59,713 nucleotides of DNA, from NCBI GenBank assembly GCA_046757065.1, contig JBHHXL010000001.1:1-59713 (forward strand). Reading direction: 5' to 3'. The stretch comes from Anaerolineae bacterium. Lineage in GTDB: Bacteria; Chloroflexota; Anaerolineae; 4572-78; JBHHXL01. The notes under the pieces were generated by a model. The model was not told the origin of the DNA and searched no databases. It saw only the letters and a program-made list of their open reading frames with translations. Shown here one piece after another: positions 46,706 to 53,811 of the stretch; the stretch's first letter is position 1, and each line of letters starts with the position of its first letter. The translations under genes were made by a program, and so were the position numbers.

Positions 46706-47950
46706 ATGCCCGCCCTGGACAACGCCCACGCCCTGGTGGTGGGCATTGCCAACTACCGGAACATCAACAAACTGCCGCCGACCGTCCTCAAGGACGCCCA
46801 GGACATCTGCGACCTACTGATCGACCCGGACCACTGCGGCTACCCGGCGGACAACGTGGAATTGCTGCCGGACGACCAGGCCACCGGGCCCGCCCTGCGC
46901 CGGGCGCTGGCCAGGCTGGCCGAACGCAGCAACCCCGATTCCACCGTCTTCATCTACCTTTCCGCTCACGGCGGGCGGGTGGAGTCGGGTCCGCACGCCG
47001 ATGAATATCTGCTGCCCGTGGACGCGGTTTTTGAAACGAGCGAAGCGGTGGCCCGGACGGCTATCTCCGGCCAGACCTTCACCGAGGCCCTGCGGGCCAT
47101 CCCGGCCCGCAAGCTGGTGGTCGTCTTCGATTGTTGCCACGCCGCCGGCATCGGCCAGCCCAAAGACCCGACCGCGCCGGGCATCAAAACCGGCCTGCCG
47201 GAGGCTTACTACGACCGGCTCCTGGAGGGGCGAGGGCGGGTCATCCTGGCCTCGTCGCGCAGCACCGAGCTGTCCTGGGTGCTGCCCGGGGCCGAAAACA
47301 GCCTCTTCACCCAACACCTGCTGGCCGGCCTGCGGGGGGGCATCCCCAGCGAAGACGGCCTGATCCGCATCTTCGACCTGTTCGAGTATCTCCAGCCCAG
47401 GGTCACCGGTGACAAACCCATCCAGCATCCCGTGTTCAAGGCCGAGGTCGAAGAGAATTTCCCGCTGGCCCTGTACCTGGGCGGGCAGAAGGGCGTGGTG
47501 TCCCGCGATGAGGAGGGCTATCGCTACGACGCGTACATCAGCTACGTCGATCGGGAGCCGGACGCCGCCTGGGTCTGGGAGACGCTGGTGCCGCGTCTGG
47601 AAGAGGCCGGCCTGCGGGTGGCGGTCTCCGGGGACGTTGAGGAACCCGGCGTGGCCCGCGTGGTCAACATCGAGCGCGGCATCCGGCAGGCCAAACGAAC
47701 CTTGATCGTGCTGACCGAGACCTACCTGGCCGACCACATGGCCGGGTTCGAGAACGTTCTGGCCCAGACGATGGGGGTTCAGGAGGGAACCTATCGCCTG
47801 CTGCCGGTCAAAATCGAGGCGATTGACGACCGCCGCCTGCCAACGCGGCTGAGTATGCTGTCGACGCTCAATCTGGCCCATCCCCGCCGCGCCGGGCGCG
47901 AGTTTGAGCGGCTGGTACGCGCCCTGCAAGGGCCGCTGCCGCGCCGGTAG
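46706..47950 (+). CDS. Caspase (peptidase C14)-TIR fusion protein
   Basis: ALVVGIANY.., VFIYLSAHGG (His), LVVVFDCCHAAG (Cys). C-terminal TIR-like YDAYISYVDREPDAAW ... TLIVLTETYLADHMAGFENVL. AAGGAGGG RBS, 15 nt after the CHAT stop. Confidence 0.72.
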   Translation: MPALDNAHALVVGIANYRNINKLPPTVLKDAQDICDLLIDPDHCGYPADNVELLPDDQATGPALRRALARLAERSNPDSTVFIYLSAHGGRVESGPHADEYLLPVDAVFETSEAVARTAISGQTFTEALRAIPARKLVVVFDCCHAAGIGQPKDPTAPGIKTGLPEAYYDRLLEGRGRVILASSRSTELSWVLPGAENSLFTQHLLAGLRGGIPSEDGLIRIFDLFEYLQPRVTGDKPIQHPVFKAEVEENFPLALYLGGQKGVVSRDEEGYRYDAYISYVDREPDAAWVWETLVPRLEEAGLRVAVSGDVEEPGVARVVNIERGIRQAKRTLIVLTETYLADHMAGFENVLAQTMGVQEGTYRLLPVKIEAIDDRRLPTRLSMLSTLNLAHPRRAGREFERLVRALQGPLPRR

Positions 47951-47968
47951 TCGTTCTGAGGCAAAAAA

Positions 47969-48622
47969 ATGCCGGAGCAAGCCTCCATCCCCCCGCCCGT
48001 GGGCGTGGACCCCGTCAAAGCAACGTTCGACCGGGGGCTGGCCGCGCTGTGCCTGCTGGCCGGCAGCCCGGTGTTTGGCCTGGGCGCGCTGGCCATCTGG
48101 CTCGACGGGCTGCTCTGGCCCGAGGACCGGGGGCCGGTTTTTCACCGGGAGCAGCGCGTCTCGGCGGGGCAGCCCTTTGAGCTGTTCAAATTCCGCACGA
48201 TGCAGGTGGCCGCCATCGAGGCGGCGCGGGCGCAGGGGTTGACCGTCAAGTACCTGGAGCGGGAGGACCGGGGCCACACCCGCCTGGGCCGCTACTTGCG
48301 GCGCTGGTACCTGGACGAGCTGCCGCAGTTGCTCAACATCCTGCGGGGCGAGATGAGCTTCGTCGGCCCCCGCCCGCCGGCCCCCTTCGAGTACGAACGC
48401 GAGCTGGCGGAGGGCAACGTCCGCAAGCGGCTGGCCCGGGCCGGCCTGGTCGGTTTGCAGCAGGCCCACAAGGGCCGCACCCGCAGCTTCGAGGAGGAAA
48501 TCGCCCTCGACTACGAGTACGTAGCCACGGCCGGGCAGCTGGGTCCCTGGCGGCGTCTGGTTTACGACATCGGCCTGCTGCTGCGCAGCTTGCGGGTGTT
48601 GTTGGAGGGCAAAGGGCTTTAA
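47969..48622 (+). CDS. Bacterial sugar transferase (polyprenyl-phosphate phosphoglycosyl transferase, small EpsL/WbaP-C type)
   Basis: GPVFHREQRVS..FELFKFRTM and RRWYLDELPQLLNILRGEMSFVGPRPP signatures. 18 nt after the caspase-TIR stop. Confidence 0.85.
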   Translation: MPEQASIPPPVGVDPVKATFDRGLAALCLLAGSPVFGLGALAIWLDGLLWPEDRGPVFHREQRVSAGQPFELFKFRTMQVAAIEAARAQGLTVKYLEREDRGHTRLGRYLRRWYLDELPQLLNILRGEMSFVGPRPPAPFEYERELAEGNVRKRLARAGLVGLQQAHKGRTRSFEEEIALDYEYVATAGQLGPWRRLVYDIGLLLRSLRVLLEGKGL

Positions 48623-48645
48623 GATAATTCCCCACCTGCAAAACT

Positions 48646-48674
48646 TTGCCAATCAACCTGCTGCGCGGTATAAT
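48646..48674 (+). promoter_or_regulatory. Near-consensus promoter driving a hairpin-rich ~300-nt transcript
   Basis: TTGCCA-(17 nt)-TATAAT, 24 nt after the sugar transferase stop. Confidence 0.5.
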
Positions 48675-48730
48675 CCCCCTGGTGCACAATGGTCGCTGAT
48701 AGTTTTAACAATCAGCTTCCCCACCGGCAA

Positions 48731-48795
48731 ACGACGAATGACGAAATGCGGTCGGAATAAGGGCGTTCGTCATTCGTCCTCAGTCTTTCGTCCGT
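48731..48795. repeat. GACGAA-type hairpin element, right copy
   Basis: GACGAATGACGAA (48733-48745) pairs perfectly with TTCGTCATTCGTC (48766-48778). Same orientation as the left copy. Confidence 0.65.
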
Positions 48796-48975
48796 TGACT
48801 GACCAGGTCATATTCAAATGGGTGTATTCAAAATGAGCTGGAAAATGTAGAACAAACTGTTAGTTTGTTCGATCCGGACAAGCTAACAGCTTGTCCTACA
48901 ACTGATTTTGAATGCCCCCTATTCAAATCACCAGATGTAGGTCCGCACTACAAACCTGCCCTAAGGAGAAGACTC

Positions 48976-49158
48976 GTGGCTCGACCCAAACCGAAACGGC
49001 CGTCCGGCGCGTACACGATCAGCAAAGAAGCGCCGAAACGGAAAATTTCCAAACAGAAGATCATTTTGTACATTATCAGTGTCCTCATCATCCTCAGCTT
49101 CGCCCTGAGCTTCCTGGCCAGCGGGCTGGGCGGTCTTACCAGCCACGGGGGGCCGTAA
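48976..49158 (+). CDS. Possible small membrane protein (basic N-terminus plus one TM)
   Basis: GTG 7 nt after AAGGAGA. (V)ARPKPKRPSGAYTISKEAPKRKISKQK followed by IILYIISVLIILSFALSFLASGL. No homology recognised. Confidence 0.3.
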   Translation: MARPKPKRPSGAYTISKEAPKRKISKQKIILYIISVLIILSFALSFLASGLGGLTSHGGP

Positions 49159-49210
49159 ATTCGCTGCCGCCGTTCTGCAACCATCTCCTGGAAATTGCGT
49201 AGTGTCCACT

Positions 49211-49292
49211 GAGTAGCTGTCCGCAAATAACCTTGCATTTTTTCCCAAGAAACACCCTGAAAAAAGGTCAAGGTATTTCTGGACAACTGCTC
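49211..49292. repeat. Copy C of the hairpin repeat family (inverted relative to copy A)
   Basis: GAGTAGCTGTCCGCAAATAACCTTG ... CAAGGTATTTCTGGACAACTGCTC, arms roughly 20/24 complementary. Confidence 0.7.
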
Positions 49293-49327
49293 AAATCGCC
49301 TAGATACGCAATTCCCCAGGAGTGTTT

Positions 49328-49864
49328 ATGATGACGGACGAAATTACCCCACCCGAAACCGAGCAGAGGCCGCCCCTATCGAAATCTTCGGAGAAGAACC
49401 TGGCGATGCTGGCCCACGGCAGCATTTTGTTGACCTTCCTGGCCGGGATCAGCACGGGCGGCCTGGGGGCGGTGGTTGCGGCTTTTCTGCCGCTGGTTCT
49501 GTGGTTTTTCTATCGAGACCGGTCTCGATTTGTTGCCTTCCACGCAATGCAGGCGACCTTGTTTCAACTGGCCGTTCTGGGAGGAACCCTGGTGGCCGCC
49601 ATAGTCGTCGCTCTAGTGCTACTGGTCGTCTGGCTGGTGACGGGCATATTGAGCATCATCTTGATCGGCCTGCTGCTGATCCCGGTGGCCCTGCTGCTGA
49701 CGATTGCCCTGGGCCTGTTGCTGCCGCTCATCCCCATCGCCGCCGTCGGCTACGGCCTTTTCGGCGTGTGGGAGATTTCCAACGACCGCGAGTTCCGCTA
49801 CGAGTGGCTGGCCGACTGGCTCACCAAACGCAACCGGGGGCAACTTTTCTTGCAAGAAGGCTAA
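49328..49864 (+). CDS. DUF4870-like membrane protein
   Basis: EKNLAMLAHGSILL...PLVLWFFYRDRSRFVAFHAMQATLFQL matches the DUF4870 pattern. ATG 5 nt after AGGAG. Confidence 0.65.
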   Translation: MMTDEITPPETEQRPPLSKSSEKNLAMLAHGSILLTFLAGISTGGLGAVVAAFLPLVLWFFYRDRSRFVAFHAMQATLFQLAVLGGTLVAAIVVALVLLVVWLVTGILSIILIGLLLIPVALLLTIALGLLLPLIPIAAVGYGLFGVWEISNDREFRYEWLADWLTKRNRGQLFLQEG

Positions 49865-49890
49865 CCCCGGCGGAAGCTCCAAACTTGTAG

Positions 49891-49919
49891 ACAGCGGCTC
49901 CGGGCAGCCGCTGTTTGTT
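49891..49919 (+). terminator. Hairpin plus T-tract after the DUF4870 gene
   Basis: ACAGCGGCT-ccgggc-AGCCGCTGT followed by TTGTT. Abuts the next ATG, so it could instead be an attenuator. Confidence 0.4.
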
Positions 49920-50981
49920 ATGTCGAAAGGCGGGTCTATGCGCCGCGCAGTTCCGATTCTGATCGGCCTCACCCTGGGTCTGGCCGGCACCGCAGCAATT
50001 TTGTGGTACATCCTGTTGCGACCGCTCAGTGGGGCAGCGCCGGCGGTCGCGGACCTGCCGGCTGTGGCTGCTGTGGTCAACGGGGAGGCCATCACCGCCT
50101 CGATGGTCGAGGCCGAGATCAACGTGGGCCGGGCCACCAACCTGCTGAGCCTGAACCGCCTGGAGCAAACGCTGTCGCCGTTGCAGGGCGAAGATTTGCG
50201 GCAGGCCCAGAAGGAAGCGGTCACCCAACTGGTCAACCGCCACCTCATTCTACAGGCCGCCGCCCAGGATGGCTTCGCCCTGAGCCCCGATTTCATCGAA
50301 GCGCGGACCCAACTTCTCTTCGGCGGATTCAGCCGGGCCGAGCTTGAGGCGGCGCTGGCCCGGGCCGGGGCCGATTACCAGGACCTGCTGTGGTGGGTGG
50401 GCGAGGTCACGACCGTGGAAGAGTACACGGTTGGGGTCATTATGGCCGGGGCCGCCCCCGCCGAACGGCAGCGCGTTTTCAACGACTGGCTCAACGCCCG
50501 CCAGGCGCAAGCCCAGGTCACCCGTTACCTCGACGGCCGGGCCACCTCGCCGACGGCCCTGGCCGGTTCGCCCGCGCCGGACTTCGAGCTGGCGGCCCTG
50601 GACGGCGAGACGGTTCGATTGAGCGACTATCAAGGTCAGATAGTGCTCGTCAATTTTTGGGCGACCTGGTGCCCGTCCTGCATCGCCGAGATGCCCGAAT
50701 ACGAGGAAATCTTCCGGCGGCAGCAAGGAGAGGGCTTCGTTGTGCTGGCGATCAACCTGCAAGAACCGGAGACGGTGATTGACAGCTTCGCCGAGGGAGT
50801 TGGCCTGACCTTCCCCGTCCTGCGCGACGCCTCGGGCGAGGTGACGACCGACCTGTACCAGGTGGTCGGGATGCCCAGCAGCTTCATCGTGGATCGCAAC
50901 GGGCTGATCTTCTACCGCCACGCCGGGCCGATGAGCGGCGAATTACTGTCAGAAAAACTGGCGGCTCTAGGCCTGGAATAA
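49920..50981 (+). CDS. Membrane-anchored thiol:disulfide oxidoreductase (SurA-N-like chaperone segment plus TlpA/ResA thioredoxin domain)
   Basis: N-terminal TM, and WATWCPSC (CxxC) in a thioredoxin-fold context. Start at 49920 or 49938. Confidence 0.8.
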   Translation: MSKGGSMRRAVPILIGLTLGLAGTAAILWYILLRPLSGAAPAVADLPAVAAVVNGEAITASMVEAEINVGRATNLLSLNRLEQTLSPLQGEDLRQAQKEAVTQLVNRHLILQAAAQDGFALSPDFIEARTQLLFGGFSRAELEAALARAGADYQDLLWWVGEVTTVEEYTVGVIMAGAAPAERQRVFNDWLNARQAQAQVTRYLDGRATSPTALAGSPAPDFELAALDGETVRLSDYQGQIVLVNFWATWCPSCIAEMPEYEEIFRRQQGEGFVVLAINLQEPETVIDSFAEGVGLTFPVLRDASGEVTTDLYQVVGMPSSFIVDRNGLIFYRHAGPMSGELLSEKLAALGLE

Positions 50982-51016
50982 CCATCAAACCTCCCGTCTC
51001 AAGGGTTTCTAGCCCA

Positions 51017-52711
51017 ATGTCTCAACCCGCTTCGGACACACCCACCCTCGACCGCGCGCGTTACCTGCGCGTGGTTTGGTTTTTTGGCCGCGCTTTCCTC
51101 CACGTTTTCTGGTGGGACTACGTCCTGCGCAAAATCCTGCCCGATGGCCTGCCGTCCCAATCGGCGGAACATCGCTGGCGCAAAATCTCCCGCAATTATC
51201 GGGCTATGGCCATCCGGATGGGCGGCGTGCTGATCAAACTGGGCCAGTTTCTCAGCATCCGGGTGGACGTGCTGCCCCGGGCCATCACCGAAGAGCTAAT
51301 CGGCCTGCAGGATGAAGTCCCCTCCGAGTCCTTTGAGGACGTGCAACGCATCATCGGCCAGGAATTTGAGCGGCCGGCCACTGCCGTCTTCCAGGAGCTT
51401 GAGCCGACGCCGCTGGCGGCGGCCTCGCTGGCCCAGGTTCACCGGGCGCGGCTGCCGGACGGCCAGCCGGTGGTGGTCAAGGTTCAGCGCCCGCGCATTG
51501 GCGTGTTGGTTGAGACAGACCTGGCCGCCATCCGCCTCAGCCTGCGCGTTCTAAAGCTCTTCCGGGGCATCACCCGCCGGGCCAACCTGGACAGGCTCTA
51601 CGCCGAATTCGCCAAGGTCACCCGGGCCGAGCTCGATTTTGAGGCGGAGGGCCACAATGCTGAACAGTTCGCCGAAAACTTCGCCTGCGATCCGGTCATC
51701 TATGTCGCCCAGGTCTATTGGGAGTACACCCGCCGCCGGGTGCTGACGATGGAAGATGTGGCCGGGATTAAGATCACCGATTTTGAGGCCATCGAGCGCT
51801 GCGGCATCAGCCGGGCCCAGGTGGCCGACAAATTGTACAACGCCTACTTGCAGCAAATATTCGTCCAGAACTTCGTCCACGCCGACCCGCATCCGGGCAA
51901 CCTGTTCGTGCACCCCCTGCCCCGGCCCAACAACCTGTCTGAAAACGACCCCACCCCCTTTCGCCTGGTCTTCGTCGATTTTGGTATGATGGTCTGGATA
52001 CCGGAGCGGCTGCGCGGCCATTTCCGGGATTACGTGATTGGCTTCGGCACGCAAGACGCGGGGCGGGTGGTGCGGGCCTACGCCAGCGCCGGGTTCCTGC
52101 TGCCCGGCGCAGACCTGAAACGCCTGGAGCAGGCCCAGGCCGAGGTTTTCCGCCGCTTTTGGGGGGTGCGTATGGGCGAGATGCAGGAACTGGCCTTCAG
52201 CGAGGCGCGCCAATTCGCTTACGAATACCGCGACCTGATCCGCGAAATGCCCTTCCAACTGCCGACCGACGTCCTCTTCATTGGCCGGGCCGTCGGCATG
52301 CTGTCCGGGCTGGCCACGGAGATGGACCCGAATTTCGACGTCTGGACGGCCACCATTCCCTTCGCCCAACAACTGGCCGCCGGCGACAAATCGGACGGGC
52401 TCTGGCGGGTCGGCTTGCAGGAGCTTGGGGAGGCGCTGCGCCCGCTGCTGACCCTGCCCGGCCAGCTCGAACGCTTTCTGGGGCAGGCCGTTACCGGGGA
52501 TTTGCAGACGCAGTTCTCCCTGGCCCCAGACACGGGCAAGGCCGTGCGCCGCCTGGAAACGGCCGTCCACCGCCTGCGCTGGAGCGTGATCTTCGCCGGA
52601 CTGTTGGTCGCCGGGGTTCTGCTGCGCGCCCTCGAAGGGCCGGGCCCGTTGAGCACCGGCCTGATTCTGGCCGCCGCCCTGTCGTTGTTGTGGGGGTTGA
52701 CGCGGCGCTAA
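51017..52711 (+). CDS. ABC1/UbiB-family atypical kinase
   Basis: IKLGQFLSIRVDVLP, AASLAQVHRA, HADPHPGNLFV, and C-terminal TM helices. Confidence 0.88.
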   Translation: MSQPASDTPTLDRARYLRVVWFFGRAFLHVFWWDYVLRKILPDGLPSQSAEHRWRKISRNYRAMAIRMGGVLIKLGQFLSIRVDVLPRAITEELIGLQDEVPSESFEDVQRIIGQEFERPATAVFQELEPTPLAAASLAQVHRARLPDGQPVVVKVQRPRIGVLVETDLAAIRLSLRVLKLFRGITRRANLDRLYAEFAKVTRAELDFEAEGHNAEQFAENFACDPVIYVAQVYWEYTRRRVLTMEDVAGIKITDFEAIERCGISRAQVADKLYNAYLQQIFVQNFVHADPHPGNLFVHPLPRPNNLSENDPTPFRLVFVDFGMMVWIPERLRGHFRDYVIGFGTQDAGRVVRAYASAGFLLPGADLKRLEQAQAEVFRRFWGVRMGEMQELAFSEARQFAYEYRDLIREMPFQLPTDVLFIGRAVGMLSGLATEMDPNFDVWTATIPFAQQLAAGDKSDGLWRVGLQELGEALRPLLTLPGQLERFLGQAVTGDLQTQFSLAPDTGKAVRRLETAVHRLRWSVIFAGLLVAGVLLRALEGPGPLSTGLILAAALSLLWGLTRR

Positions 52712-52730
52712 AATCTCAGGAGCGAGAAAA

Positions 52731-53801
52731 ATGCACGAAATCGTGGGTAATTTGCATCTGCACACCCTCGCCTCAGACGGGGCCGGTACGCACCAGGAGG
52801 TGGCCCAGGCCGCGGCCCGGGCCGGCCTCGATTTCATCGTTTTTACGGACCACAACGTCTGCCTGGACGGCGTCGAGGGCTGGCACAAACCCTCCGGCGG
52901 GGGGAAGGAAGTTTTGCTACTGATGGGCGAAGAGGTCAACGACGAGCAGCTCCAGCCGGAGGCGAACCATCTGCTGTGCTACGCCATCGGCCAGGGAGTC
53001 GAAGGCCTGGCCGCCGACCCGCAACGCCTGATCGACGGGGTCAACGCCCAGGGCGGCATCTGCTTTCTGGCCCATCCACTGGAACGGCCGGGGCTGGGGG
53101 TTGGCGAGGCGGCCATCCCCTGGCTGAACTGGGAGGTCGAAAACTACCTGGGCCTGGAGCTGTGGAATTATATGTCGGAGGCCAAAAGCTATATGCAGAC
53201 CAAAGCCCACGCCCTGCTGTGCGCCTTTCAGCCCGATCGCTTCATCAGCGGCCCCTTTCCGGAAACGCTGGCCAAGTGGGACGAGCTGCTGGGGCGCGGC
53301 CAGAAGGTGGTGGCCATCGGCAACACCGATGCTCACGCCAACGTCTATTCGATGGGGCCGCTGCGGCGGGCGGTCTATCCCTACGAGTATCTGTTCCAGA
53401 CGGTCAACACCCATTTGTTGCTGGCGGAACCGCTCTCGCGGGAGGTGGGGACGGCGAGTTTGCAGATTCGAGATGCGCTGCGGGCCGGCCATTGTTTTGT
53501 CGGCTACGATCTGATCGGGGCCACCCGTGGCTTTCGCTTCACCGCCCGGGGCGGTCAGGAGCCGGCGTTGATGGGCGACGACCTGACCCTGGCCGCCGGC
53601 GGCTCCATCGAGCTGGAGGTCCGCTCGCCGTGCCGGGCCGAGATCACCTTGCTCAAAGACGGGCAGGCCATCCAGCAGGTTCGGGGAAAGGAGCTCACCC
53701 TGGCCGCCAGCGAGCCGGGGGTGTACCGCGTCGAGGCTCGCCGCCCGCACCGGGGCAGGTGGCGCGGTTGGGTTTTCAGCAACCCCATTTACATCCGGTG
53801 A
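52731..53801 (+). CDS. PHP-domain (CehA/McbA-like) metal-dependent phosphoesterase
   Basis: NLHLHTLASDG and FTDHN PHP motifs near the N-terminus, and GNTDAH later. Confidence 0.75.
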   Translation: MHEIVGNLHLHTLASDGAGTHQEVAQAAARAGLDFIVFTDHNVCLDGVEGWHKPSGGGKEVLLLMGEEVNDEQLQPEANHLLCYAIGQGVEGLAADPQRLIDGVNAQGGICFLAHPLERPGLGVGEAAIPWLNWEVENYLGLELWNYMSEAKSYMQTKAHALLCAFQPDRFISGPFPETLAKWDELLGRGQKVVAIGNTDAHANVYSMGPLRRAVYPYEYLFQTVNTHLLLAEPLSREVGTASLQIRDALRAGHCFVGYDLIGATRGFRFTARGGQEPALMGDDLTLAAGGSIELEVRSPCRAEITLLKDGQAIQQVRGKELTLAASEPGVYRVEARRPHRGRWRGWVFSNPIYIR

Positions 53802-53811
53802 TCAGGAAGGG

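Noticed and set aside
44486-48652. 585-aa (44486-46243) and 612-aa (46814-48652) minus-strand ORFs across the CHAT / caspase-TIR / transferase genes
   Set aside because: These are shadow ORFs. Their sequence is low-complexity and rich in Arg, Gly, Pro, Ala, Gln, Leu and Val, with no domains. The plus strand carries clear catalytic motifs and strong RBSs.
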